Below are positions 14,233-27,174 of a stretch of 64,000 bases of DNA, one piece after another; positions within the stretch are counted from its first letter, which is position 1; each line of letters opens with the position of its first letter. The position numbers were made by a program, and so were the translations under genes. Origin of the DNA: Octopus sinensis (lineage: Eukaryota); assembly GCF_006345805.1 (NCBI RefSeq), contig NC_042998.1, positions 32,364,001-32,428,000 of the forward strand. The letters are read 5' to 3'. The notes under the pieces are model-generated. The model saw nothing but the letters and a program-made list of their open reading frames with translations. It was not told the DNA's origin and ran no database searches.

Positions 14233-14784
14233 TCGTTAGCCATACACTCATTTTTTTTCCTCCTTGTTTTTTCTGTGTCCCTTTCTGGATGTAGAGTAGC
14301 GTAGTCGAAACGTAAAAGACTTTTCTATTCTGGAGTGTTACTATACTACATCTGTTGTTTTGTAAACCACCTGTCTTCGTTTTTGGGTTTTTTTTCGTAA
14401 ACTCTCCCTATATATCTTATCTAATATTTATTTTATTGTGTGTGTGTCGCTCCATCGCTTGACAACCGATGTTGGTGTGTTTACGCCTCCGAAAAAAGAG
14501 AACTATAGAATAAGTACTAGGCTTACAAAGAATAAGTCCTAGGGTCAATTCCTTCGACTTGATGTGAATATATTATACAATTGTCATGAACCAACTGGCA
14601 TAAAGTCTTTCAGGAAGAGGTAGGATGGCTAAGTTATTCCCTCCTTTGCCATAAAATTAGTCAGTTTCATAGAGAGGCCTGTTGGTTGACATTGAGGTGA
14701 CAAAGAAAATTTCCTGGGTTTTGCATGTTTGCACGAAATTGCAGAAGGATAAAGGGAAGAATACTTATATCCAGGACATATGTT

Positions 14785-15190
14785 GGATCTTTTCGGTTTT
14801 TTCTAGCGGTATCATATGAAATTGTCACCCATAATTATGACCCTAGTATCGATCTATTGCATTTCAATCTGTTTAGGGTTAGGGTTAGGGGTGGGGGGGA
14901 AAGGGTATCTTTTTTTTCTTCAGAATGTAATAAACCCATCTGTTCTTAAACGAGGGACATATTCATACGGCACAGAAGGTTTTCACCTCAATAGACGTCA
15001 TTGATTGGTTGAAATTGCAGAGAAAATTGAAGAAAAAAAACACACAGATATCTCACCAAACTATAGATTTCCTCAATCAAGAAAGCCAGAGAAAAAGAAG
15101 TTTTATAAACACATTCTACCAGTATACGAAGTTTAAAAGTGTTTAGTTACGTGGAAATTATTTCAAGAAACTGCCGGTCAAACCGGCAGT
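14785..15190 (+). mobile_element. Non-autonomous DNA element with internal (TTAGGG)3 and a 3' hairpin (Helentron/HINE-like or MITE)
   Basis: TTAGGG x3 at 14873-14890; perfect hairpin actgccggt-caa-accggcagt at 15170-15190. Confidence 0.45.
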
Positions 15191-15914
15191 CTGTTTAAAT
15201 TAGTGTGGATGTGTGCACATGTGAGCCTTTTCTGTGCCTTTGCTGTTGATGTTGTAGCCGTTTACGTATTGCTACATTGAGGTTGGAGAAATAGGAATTA
15301 AAGCAATAAATGCCAAACTTAAATAAGAAAAAGGATTATCGTTCATTTCAGTAGAAACAAAACTTTATTCATATCTTTTTAGTTGGCATATTGCAAAACG
15401 ACTGGTATAATTATCTGCGCAATCTTTGTTGACTTACAGGCTGTTGTTATGTTATCAAAAATATCTTCCTCATGTTTGAAGTCCTATACTTGACAAAGAC
15501 TGAATATCCGTAGAATGCGAAACGAGAAAACAGCTTATAAACATCATACTTGCCAGCCATATTGGCTGGTAATTTTAACAGAATCTAGCTTTCAATGATA
15601 TTATCCATTCATAAATAACCAGCCAAAATACATATTCATGTGAGCATACGTACATAGAGAACCACAAAGAGAGAGAAAATAATCAATGCCTGCCAACTGT
15701 TAATCAAGTGCACTTTTTAGTAATATCAAAAAAATAGCTTCCACCATAATCGAATATTATAAAATATGAGGCTGCTATGAATGATTTCCACAATGCATAT
15801 ATTGGCGTCACAGACATATAAAAGGCCAAACACTGATGATTATTAGTTTAAGAAGAAAGCAAATAGGTGTTATACAGAATGCATGTTTGATTCGCCCAGT
15901 GATATATATATAAT

Positions 15915-16400
15915 TTTCTTTTATCTTTTATTTGTTCTAATCATTTGACTGTGGCTATGCTGGAGCACCGCCTTTAATCGAACAAATTGACCTCAAGACT
16001 TATTCTTTGTAAGCCTAGTACTTATTCTATCGGTCTCTTTAGCTGAACTGCTAAGTTACAGGGATGTAGACACGCCACCGGTGGTTGTCAAGCGATGGTG
16101 AGGGACAAAGACAGACACACAAACACACACACACACACACACACATACACACATATATATAATTCCCTATTTGTTTCAGCCTTTACACTGTGGCCATACT
16201 GGGTCCCTGCGTAGAAAAAATTTTATGGCTGTGTGGTTAGGGAGCTTGCTTCCTAGCTACATGGTTTCGGGTTCAGTCCCACTGCGTGGCACTTTGGGTA
16301 GGTGTCTTTCACTATAGCCCCGAGCTGACCGGAGCTTTGTGATTGAATTCGGTAGGTGGTAGTTACTGCCGTGTGTGTATATGTGCGTGTAGGTGCTTGT
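15915..16400. mobile_element. SINE family A fragments (3' half on -, 5' half on +)
   Basis: Matches parts of 2372-2790. Confidence 0.75.
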
Positions 16401-17993
16401 GCCTCTCCGAAAGAGAGAGAGGAACTGACCCCAGTTGTGAAATTTTTTAGACCGAGTACTTATTCTATCGGATTCCTTTTTGCCAACCCTCTAAGTGAAA
16501 ATTCAGATAATTTTTCACTTTCCTTCATATATTAGTTCCTGATTATTGTGACCATCCTTTTCTTTTGTTTTTTAGACACAGTGTATCTAGGACTACATTA
16601 TACAAAGTGTCCATTCCTCCGAATGTAAGACAGTAGGGTATGACCTGAAAAAGATTTTCTCACTATTTAAAGCAAATTGAGCAGCCACGCAGAAGCTGTT
16701 CGTGTCTATTTTTAATGCGTGGCAGGTTATAAGATTAAAGTTCTCACCCAGAATTGCTATATCATTGCATTCATTTTTATTGAAATCTTCATCTTATTAA
16801 CATTGTATATTCTTTTACTTCAATCATTCACTCATTTTCAAAGAGATTATATACACATGAAAATAACTAGACTTTTTTTTTCTCACAATTAAAAGAAAAT
16901 GAAAAAATATATATTGAAAATTAGAAATAGTGCATAACCTAATCTTTAAATAAGTTTTACAAAATCTGTGTCAAGCTCTGCTAAAACAGCTTATTTTTTT
17001 CTCCGTTTTTATCTTGGAAATGGTTACAATGGAAGAAAAACTTAACCAAGTTGAATCTGAATCCAAATAGGATTTTAAAAGGAATTACTTGAGTAAGAGA
17101 TGTAGATAAAACATAAAAAATATCAGGATTTTCTATTTAAAAGTTTGGATTTAGAAACAAACTCACACACTTATACAAACACATTTATGGCAGGAGCGGA
17201 GCTGAGAGAGCATTCGGTGGAAGCAGAAAGAAAAATGAGAAAAAAATAAAATTGAATTACAAGTATATTTTCATGATTGAAAATGTATTTGAAATGAAAC
17301 AATTCATTCTGATTTTCAACATGTTCAGGATATTAATGACTTTCATATATGCACAACCTAAAACCTTAATCACAGCGATTAATAGATTTTACATGTTTTT
17401 CAATGTTTACGAACAAGACAATATACAACCACACACGTGCAAAGAACACAGCTTATGTACCTTATTCATTAGTTCTACTATAAAGTTTGTACTTTAACAA
17501 TATATTTTCATATTTTTATTTTAGCCTTTTATGTATACAGTTTCTTTTTTTGTTTTACAGGGCTGTTTATTTTTCTAGTTATAAAAGATAGTACAATGAG
17601 TGATATCTTAGTAACTGTTAAGCTCCAACTTTCCTTGGATTAAGCAAATCTGTAATGATAAATATCACGAACTATCATTCAACTATACTGTACTTTGAAC
17701 AGCAGTTTTCAATGCCTCCATTTTTAAGAAAAAGTGTTATTTGAGGGTGATTTGGCTGTTATTTCTTGCAGACTGAATGACCACAGTGGCTCCCTCTTTG
17801 GCTCAAGCTATTCTTAATATAGAGGCATGACATATAAATAGTTTTCTGAATTACTTTACTTTTTTTTCTTTATAGAAGTTAACTAAGAGAGATTGGTATG
17901 AGAATACAAAGAAAATTGTACACGAAGCCATATTGTAATTTAAAGCTATCAAACCTTTGGCTTGAGGTGGGAGGTGGGAGGCTTTTATTAGGA

Positions 17994-18070
17994 GTCTTGA
18001 AGAAATTTCGACCCCGGGTTCTGATTCCTAAGGTATTTTTTCGATGTTATTATTATTATTATTATTATCA

Positions 18071-18108
<38 letters not shown>

Positions 18109-18335
18109 ATTTTTATTATATTTTTTATTCAGGCAACTGCCTGGAATTGAACTCGGAATCTTGGGGTTAGTAGCCCGTGCTCTTAAAACCACTACGCATA
18201 TGCCTTAGGAATGAGAACCGAGATTCAAATTTTTCCCCAAAACACCTGATGAAGGCTGGAAGGTATATCAGCCGAAAATCTGTGTTAACAACAAACAAGA
18301 TGAGAACAAATAATCGTCAAATGTAAATAATGTAC
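17994..18335. mobile_element. Palindromic tRNA/HHR element, copy P2 (left arm truncated)
   Basis: Minus arm with tRNA head joined to a plus arm with HHR at 18241-18286. Confidence 0.8.
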
Positions 18336-18428
18336 TTGAGATGTTTGTTCTGTCTCTTTCTCTTCTGAATTCAAATACTGAAAGATAAACTTTGCCTTTC
18401 ATCTTTTCAGTGTTCATAAAATAAAGTA

Positions 18429-18738
18429 TGGAGGCACATGGCCTGGTGGTTAGAGCAGCAGGCTCGCAGTCAAGGAATTGCCGGTTCGAATTGTAGACTG
18501 GGCGATGTCTGTGTTTATGAGCAAAACACCTAAGCTCCATGCAGCTCCAGCAGCAGATAATGGTGAACTTCTGCTGACTCTTTTGCCATAACTTTCTCTC
18601 ACTCTTACCTCCTCCTGCATCTAGCAGCTCACCTGTAAGAGACTGGCATCCCATCCAGGTGGGGAAGCTATATGCCAACAAAACTGGGAAACTGGCTGTT
18701 ATGAGCCAGGCATGGCTCACGACGGAACAAACAACAAC
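18429..18738 (+). mobile_element. tRNA-derived SINE family D (V-domain-like), nested in a decayed family B copy
   Basis: A/B boxes, cctgtaagagactggcatcccatccagg motif, (AAC)n tail, TSD aaaataaagta at 18418-18428 and 18739-18749. Confidence 0.8.
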
Positions 18739-18869
18739 AAAATAAAGTACTAGTACTCTGTTGGGGTTGCTGGCATTGTCTAGTTCTTCTTCCCTCAAGT
18801 ATTACTAGCATTGTACCAAATTTCGAAAAAATTATTAACATCTATATTAAAACAACTTGCATTTACCAT

Positions 18870-19290
18870 TATCATCATCATCATCATCGTTTAACATCCG
18901 TTTTCCATGCTAGCATGGGTTGGACGAATGACTCAGGGCTGGTGAACCAGATGGTTGCACAAGGCTCCAATCTTGATTTGGCAAAGTTTCTACAGCTGGA
19001 TGCCCTTCCTAATGCCAACCACTCCAAGAGTGGAGTGGGCGCTTTTTACGTGCCACCGGCATGGGGCCAGTCAGGCGGTACTGGCAACGACCTCACTCGA
19101 ATTTTTTACACATACCATCAGCACAGGTACCAGCAAGGCGAGACTGGTAACGATCTCGCTCGAATGGTGTCTTTTATGTGCCACCGGCACGGAGGCCAGA
19201 TAGCCGCTCTGGCAATGATCACGCTTGGATGGTGCTCTTAATACCCCACTAGCACGGGCCTTGAGTGCCAGTAAGGTGATGCTGGTCATT
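18870..19290 (-). mobile_element. Non-autonomous retroposon family C with (GAT)n tail and internal subrepeats
   Basis: ggcattaggaagggcatccagctgtagaaac and aacccatgctagcatggaaaacggatgttaaacgatgat motifs; about 12 copies in the window. Confidence 0.75.
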
Positions 19291-20295
19291 ATGATCATAA
19301 CAAACAGGATCTGTAGCAACATCAAGTTATTCATAAGGAATTCAGCATGAAATGACAGTTTGTAACAGCTGGAAATGAAATGGTAACTTTGACTGTACCA
19401 ATGAATGACAATAGATAGATAACCAAAGTAGGAAATGTAAATCTAACACACTTCTAACATCAGATTTTGATTGTAATCAAAAATTGTTTGAAGATACGGA
19501 TCTCTATAAATAGGAATTGTGAATATAAATTGGTAAACAGTTATGTTGTAATATATGGAAATTGAGGAAACCAAAGCAGTCTCTTTAAAAAAAAAAAGGA
19601 AAAAAAAATTATGGCAACATAATTGAAGATTATCAAAATGTCTTGCAGCAGAACCTTATGGATTGAAGTGATTCTAGAGTTAGCTTTCATCATTGCCATC
19701 ACTACCATCAACACCACATCATCACCATCAGCAGCAGTAATAGTAAAAGTTTTCTATATTTACTGCAGTTTGGAAATTTTCTGCTGAATAATCTAATAAG
19801 CGTTACCATTTATATCAATAACAAATGAAGAGATGGCCTAATGACTTGAATAATTTTCCAAGATGTTTCTTAAGTGAGAACTATATAATTATGGTTTACA
19901 TTTTTCTTATAGATATATGTTGCTTATGAAACATATAAAAAATAGCTTTTAGCATCACTAGTCTTATTTATATGTAGAATGTGATGTGGATATTATTTTA
20001 TTTGAATTTCTTTTCAAAATAGACATTAATCAAAAATTTCCATTATTCATAGCAGAAACTTTCCATAGAATTAAAGTGATTTATTTATCCCAATAATACC
20101 TTTTGGTGCTGTGATCTCACATGAAAGTATGACAACTGATTATTTTTCTATTACATAACAGAAAATAAGGCAATTGAAGTTTCAGGCTAATAACTATCAA
20201 TAAATGTGATAAGATATGAAAATTATACATCATTATAAAAGCTTAGTGCATCTTTTTGTCTCAGACTAAACAAATTCAGATTTATAAATTAGATA

Positions 20296-21440
20296 ATGGC
20301 TATAAACCAAAATACAATCATAACCTGCCACAAAGGAGATGAAAGTAATATAGCAAAAAAGCTAAAAGTTAACTGAACAGCATTCTGGAAAATTGTCAAG
20401 AAATTTCAAGAGAATGGTTCTGCTGCTGATTGACTTGAATGTGTCCAAAAAAAGAAGTGTGCAGACCCCTCTGTTTATCAAAAGTACCAAAGAAAAGATA
20501 TGGCAAAATCCTTGTACTTCCATCAGAAAACTGGCTCCCACAGCAAAAATAAGTTGAACATCAATGTATCGGGTGCTAAAGGAAGATATCAGGACACACC
20601 CCTATAAGGTGATCTCTTGTCATGAGCTCACACAAGTTTTTTAGGCCATGAGACTGTAGAGAAGTCGTCTTATCCTGTGCCAGATTGCTGAAGGCACACT
20701 ACCCAACTGGGGGTTCATTGTTGGAAAGAAATTTAACATCGAACAGACAGTAAACCACCAGAATGACCGACTTTGGTGTGTACATGGCTTTGCTGAGAGT
20801 AAACTCATAAATCAGTGTCAAAATCCACAGTCAGTTACAGTTTGGGTGGATGTGACAGCCACTGGACGGTCTACCCTCGATTTTGTGTCCTTGGGTATTA
20901 ACATTAACACCCAGTGATACATTAGCAACTTTCTGGAAGCGAATGAACACTTTCAAGGAGAACCTTGGAGCCTCCAACAGGACTTAGCACCATCCCACAG
21001 CTCTAAGCAGAATTAACACTGGATTTAGAAAAACATTCTACCATCCATCAGCAAGAATGTGTCGCCCTCAAGAAGCCCTGATCTCAAACCGTTGGATTTT
21101 TCTGTTTGATCTATTTTGGGAATGAGTGTCTTGAGCACTCCTCCTGCTTAGCTCAACGCTCTGAAGGCAAAGCTGTGACAGAAATGGACTTTGATTCTGC
21201 ATGAATAGCTGCATGCTGCATGTGAAGCATTCACACTTAGACTTTAGGCTGTGATTTGAAACAGGTACTCAGATGTAGAAGTGACTGTGTGGTAAGTATT
21301 TTGCTTACCAACCACACGGTTCTGTGTTCAGTCCCACTGCGTGGCACCTTGGGCTAGTGTCTTCTATGATAGCCTCGGGCCGAACAAAGCCTTGTGTGTG
21401 GATTTGGCAGATGGAAACTGAAAGAAGCCCATCACATATA

Positions 21441-21501
<61 letters not shown>

Positions 21502-21904
21502 GTTTGTGTGTCTGTATTTGTCCCCCCAACATTGCTTGACAACCGATGCTGGTGTGATTACGTCCCCGTCACTTAGTTGTTTGGCAAAAGAGACTGATAG
21601 AATAAGTACTGGGCTAACAAAGAATAAGTCCTGGGGTCGATTTGCTTGACTAAAGGCAGTGCACCAGCATGGCCACAGTCAAATGACTGAAACAAGTAAA
21701 AGAAAAAAAGGAAGAAAAAGTATACTTACACCTTGTAGCATTGTTTCAACTGAGATTCGAACCAGCCAGCTCTCTAATTGAATAAATGGGGTAGAGATAT
21801 AATTGTGTTTCCTTTACCATTGCAACACTTGGACTTAAAATATAACAATATTTTGCTTTGGCAAAATTGAAAAAAGTTGGTTGCCTCAATTTTGGGACAC
21901 CCTG
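20296..21904 (+). pseudogene. Decayed maT (DD37D) Tc1/mariner transposon with right TIR, interrupted by SINE A
   Basis: Reading from 20296 gives HTH-like N-terminus, NHQNDRLW, SVTVW and QQD-(37 aa)-D ending SPDLKPLD, with many stops; right end ttttgggacaccctg|TA at 21904. Confidence 0.85.
21272..21703 (+). mobile_element. SINE family A
   Basis: Full-length match to 2372-2790. Confidence 0.85.
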
Positions 21905-22474
21905 TAGATGCATGCTTTAATTTATATTATATTATACAAGAATATCTTTTGACATTACATTTTTGGAAAGTCAAGACTATTGAAAAGGTTGCAAGATGCA
22001 ACGAAAATTTTAGGAAAAAAAAATTAAAAAAGAAATAAATGGAAATTTTACCGGTGAATGTGTTAAATTATAAGGCACCAAAAGAAAATGACTCACCCCA
22101 GACACAACAGAATCTTTTGACATATTTATTTACTCCAAAATTATTTCAACTTCTTTGGCACTCAGAATTCCATAGGCCACACTGGGACATCACCTTCAAA
22201 AGTTTAATCAACCATATGGATACAGAGATAGCTATGTAGATTTTTGATTCAAAACCACATAGTTCAGAGTTTGATTCCACAGCATTTTGTCTGATGTCCC
22301 ACTGAATCTACCAAACCACAACCACAGTCAATGAATAAAACAGAATAATTGAATGATATGAATATACGGCAACTGATAATAATTATGCAATCGTAGAGGA
22401 AAAAAGAATTAAAATATGTATAATTTACTCCATCCATTTATGAATGGTTCTACTCTTAAACTCATCAAGAGCAT

Positions 22475-22507
<33 letters not shown>

Positions 22508-22650
22508 GAGAAATCAGAAACATGGGTGATACAACGAGAGCTGAGTAAATACTTCTATTATATTAGACTGGATCACGTAGATCTATGGTCCAAGTTTGAA
22601 AATCTCATTACTCAATGTGTCCTGTTAAAATATATATATATATATATATA

Positions 22651-22845
22651 TCATCATCATCATCATCATCATTTAGCGTCCGCTTTCCATGCTAGCATGG
22701 GTTGGACGGGTCAACTGGGGTCTGTGAAGCTGGAAGGCTTCGTCAGGCCCAGTCAGATCTGGCAGTGTTTCTACGGCTGGATGCCCTTCCTAACGCCAAC
22801 CACTCCGTGAGTGTAGTGGGTGTTTTTTACGTGCCACCTGCACCT
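22651..22845 (-). mobile_element. Family C retroposon, 3' part
   Basis: (CAT)n tail plus family motifs. Confidence 0.75.
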
Positions 22846-22846
22846 G

Positions 22847-22894
<48 letters not shown>

Positions 22895-22896
<2 letters not shown>

Positions 22897-23073
22897 ATCG
22901 TTAGCTACTACACACATTTTTTCTCTCCTTGCTTTTTTTTTTTGTGTCCCTTTCTGTAGAAGAGCGTAGGCTTGATACGTAAAAGACTTTTTTCTATTCC
23001 TGAGCGTTATACTAATACATCTGTTTTGTACACTACCTGTCTTCGTCTTTTGTTTTTTTTTTTCATTAACTCT

Positions 23074-23078
<5 letters not shown>
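22895..23078 (+). mobile_element. U6-HHR short PLE-type element inside (TA)n
   Basis: HHR at 22950-22985 (CTGTAGA core; GAAA mutated to GATA); TA repeats on both sides. Confidence 0.7.
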
Positions 23079-23112
<34 letters not shown>

Positions 23113-24039
23113 GTGATTTGGAGAAAATTTGGCTCCTGTTTCTAGTAGGTTAAGTGATTAAATAGGAGCGTTTCCCATGGGATTGCACTATATTTTAATG
23201 ATGATAAAAAATTATTTTATCTCAGATTAGAAATCAAATGTTCTGCTGTATTTCTCTGTTAATACCATGGACTTGGATAAAATTTTGGAGTTAGGCACAG
23301 TTATGCTGCATTATGATAATGACTTTAAGGTCACAAGCTGGTAGGATCTTCAGCATACCAGGCACAATGCTTAGCGGCATTTCATCTGTCTTTACGTTCT
23401 GAATATAAATTCTGCCGAGGTCAACTTTGCCTTTTATTTTTTTGTCTCTCTGTCTGTCTTTGTCTGTCTCTGTCTGCCTGTCTGTTTGTCTGTCTGTCCC
23501 TCCCACATTTCACTCATGAGACTTTTGTTTACTTGACACTATATCATAGATAGACACTTATTCAATGTATGCCACACTGGGATCCCATTCAAAGGCATAT
23601 GGGTTGTGAAGCTAAGCAACTTAATCACAGAGTGATGTTGGCATCCTTCAAACAAATCATTACAAAATGAGTGACATCAATGATTGATGATGACAGTGTG
23701 ACTTATGCTTTCTATCAGATTAATCTATTCATTGAAATGATTATCATGAAAGAGAAATGACAAATTGGCAATCTGGCCTTATTAAGATGCTTAATGAAAT
23801 AGGCCTCATTATATAATTCTTTAGTTTTTTCTTTTATTCTCACCTAATTAAAATATATTTCAAAGGAGATTTCGTTGCAATACCAACTGAGTTGATATTT
23901 ACCAAAAGCAAATTTCCAGTGTCGTTATTAATTAGAATGAAATCCAGAATTTGAGTGGATTGTTGAAGGTTTGATTTGGTAACAAACTCTAGGAGGCTAA
24001 TATTACCCATTTTCTTTTTTCATTTCCCTGCATTGAAGA

Positions 24040-24268
24040 TTAACCCTTTTGTTACCATATTTCTGTTGAGATGCTCTGTGTTTCTTTGAACTATTTTAAA
24101 TATAACAAAGAATTTACTAAAATAACTTAGTTATCATTGAGCTAGTGTTAGGAACATAAATTGTGACTAAGGTTTGGTGGAAGATTTTAATTCAAAACTT
24201 ATGAAAACAAGACATTTGTACTATAGAGCCAGAGCCAGTTTCAGCCGGGTTGGTAACGAAAGGGTTAA
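24040..24268. mobile_element. TTAA-flanked piggyBac-type MITE, family 1
   Basis: TTAA-CCCTTTTGTTACCA ... TGGTAACGAAAGGG-TTAA. Confidence 0.85.
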
Positions 24269-24513
24269 TCAAGGGCTTAGAACAGTAGAATTCTTATCTT
24301 CAATGTCCCCTAGGTTATTCAATGTTCTATAAAGATGGAAGGCAAATATCCAAATTTCAAACAAAAATGGTCCATGATATTCCAGTCTCTTACATTCCTT
24401 TATGCCCAGTCAGCTTTGCCTTTCATTCTTCTCTGGAATTAAAATAACCACGGTAATGTGACAGGAACTAGAAAAAGAATACTTTAATTTTACTTGCAAT
24501 GCCACTTAAAATA

Positions 24514-25077
24514 CAGTTCTATATTTAAGAGATGGGGAATTATGTACATTATTTACATTATTTACATTTGACCGATATTTGTCCTGATCTTATTTGTTGC
24601 TAACACAATGTTTCGGCTGATATACCCTCCAGCCTTCATCAGGTGTCTTGGGGAAATTTCGAACCTGGGTTCTGATTCCTAAGGTATTTTTCGATGGTGG
24701 TGGTGGTGGTGTCGTTGTTGTTGTTGTTGTTGTTGTTGTTGTTCTTCTTCTTCTTCTTCTTCTTCTTCTTCTTCTTCTTCTTCTTCTTCTACTTCTTCTT
24801 CTTCTTTTTCTTCTTCTTCTTCTTTTTCTTCTTCTTCTTCTCTTCTTCTTCTTCTTCTTCTTCTTCTTCTTCTTCTTCTTCTACTTCTCCTTCTTCTTCT
24901 TCTTCTCCTCCTTCTTCTTCAGGTCACTACCTGGAAAATACTTTAGGAATGAGAACCCAGGTTTGAAATTTCCCCAAGACACCTAATGAAGGCTGGAGGG
25001 TATATCAGCTGAAACTTTGTGTTGACAACAAACAAGACGAGGACAAATATCCGTCAAATGTAAATAATGCAAATAAT
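24514..25077. mobile_element. Palindromic tRNA/HHR element, copy P3 (centre deleted)
   Basis: Inverted arms; HHR at 24602-24647 (-); exact TSD cacttaaaata at 24503-24513 and 25078-25088. Confidence 0.9.
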
Positions 25078-25951
25078 CACTTAAAATAGATGAACAAAGT
25101 AATACTTCTAAAAGCCTATGAAAACTGAAACTACGAATGTATTTATACTATCATTCTTATTCCTGTCAATAATGCTTCTCAGCTGGTTAGTTGTCACTTT
25201 ATTATTAATTACCTTGCTGAATAAACCATCGATTTGAGAACATATTCCTGTAGTGTAAACCGTCTTGGAAAAATATCTCAAACCTTTGATCATATTATGT
25301 CACGAGTAATGCACTTATCCTTGAAGATATTTTGAAGTTCAATAAATATAAACTGTCTGAAAGAGCCATAATATAAATTTATAATACTTTTTAGGAAAGA
25401 TTTATTTCTATAATTCAAATGTAAATTAAATTTGCCTCTGGTATAAAGATTTCTCAAAAATCTATCTTACGTAGTTTCCTTAATTGCACTGCACTAATTG
25501 TACTGACTCTGTTGGCTTGTTCCTAGTGATTAGAGGCTGCTATTTAAAAATTACACAAGAGTTGTATAATTAATTGTATATGTAATTGAATGTTGTTGAA
25601 AATTGTATGTTATAAGGAAGTTGATACAATTATTGTTAATACTTGCTGTTACACAATTTTGTATCTCTTCATTATAATGCAATGTCAGTGACCAGTGATT
25701 AGACACCAATGTAATGTAATAGGTTGTTTAAACAATTAGTTAATTACCTCGTAGCGAGGTTTGATTGTACATTAGATATTTAGTTCAGGTTGTGTGTTAT
25801 TCCAAAGTAAAACCAAGTTACCATATTAGCTTTACAATAATTCTGTTGTGCATTGTGTTGACTGCCATTTCTAGCACCGAAGTCAATTCATTTATAATTA
25901 TTTACTTATTAATTAGTCTTAACTCTCTTTTTCAAAATCGGTTTTTCTTTC

Positions 25952-26149
25952 TTCCATTTGTTTCACATATTTGACTGCAGCCATGCTGGAGCACCACCTT
26001 TAATCAAGCAAATCAACCCCAGGACTTATTCTTTGTAAGCCTAGTACTTATTCTATCGGTCTTTCTTACCGAATGAATGGGGATGTAAACACACCAGCAT
26101 CGGTTGTCAAGCGATGTTGAGGTGGGGGGACAAACACAGACACAAACAT

Positions 26150-26193
<44 letters not shown>

Positions 26194-26355
26194 GGCTTCT
26201 TTCAGTTTCCGTCTACCAAATCCACTCACAAGGCTTTGGTCAGCCCAAGGCTACAGTAAAAGAAGACACTTGCCCAAGGTGCCATGCAGTGGGATTGAAT
26301 CCGGAACCATGTGGTTGGTAAGCAAGCTATTTACCATACAGCCACTCCTGCACAC
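25952..26355 (-). mobile_element. SINE family A
   Basis: Reverse complement of the family sequence. Confidence 0.85.
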
Positions 26356-26738
26356 CTTTTCTAATTCTCGCTTCTAACATAAATATCAATGCTTTAACTT
26401 GTTAATATTTACGTCAGTAACTTTATTGATATTTCAGTAAAGCCAAGAACGAATTCTTCAGATACTGGAATCTGCAACAAGCATAAGCAAAGCTGTTGTA
26501 ACTACAGTTATTAAATGCTATTTTAAAGCAATTTTAGCATCAGCATCTTGCTCTATAAACTCATAAATCTAAATATTATATTACATACTTTATGTAAACA
26601 TGTCATTGCTCTCAGCTCAGTATTCTGTTTCTTCTGCAATTAATCTGTAATATCTACTTGTGGTGGTTGTTTTTAGTCCAGATCAGCTCCTCATTGAATC
26701 ACCCTTTCATCAAATACATTCCATTCAAGATAGCTTCA

Positions 26739-27174
26739 TTATTTACCTTATTTACATTTGACAGATATTTGTCCTCATCTTGTTTGTTGTTAACATGTTT
26801 CAGCTGATATACCCTCCAGCCTTCATCAGGTGTCTTGGGGAAATTTTAAACCTGGGTTCTCATTCCTAAGGTACTTTTTGATGTTATTATTATTCAGGCC
26901 ACTGCCTGGAATCGAACTCGGAATCTTGGGGTTAGCCCTGTGCAGTGTTACTAACCCCAAGATTCCGAGTTCGATTCCAGGCAGTGGCCTGAACAATAAT
27001 ATTAATAACAACATCAAAAAATACCTTAGGAATGAGAACCCAGGTTTAAAATTTCCCGAAGACACCTGATGAAGGCTGGAGGTTATATCAGCTGAAACAT
27101 GTTAACAACAAACAAGATGAGGACAAATATCTGTCAAATGTAAATAATTCCTCATCTCTTAATTATAGAACTGT
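26739..27174. mobile_element. Palindromic tRNA/HHR element, copy P4
   Basis: ~200 bp near-perfect inverted arms, each with CTGATGA...GAAA. Confidence 0.9.

Noticed and set aside
14873-14890. Telomere or chromosome-fusion relic
   Set aside because: Only three TTAGGG units, embedded in an apparent transposon.
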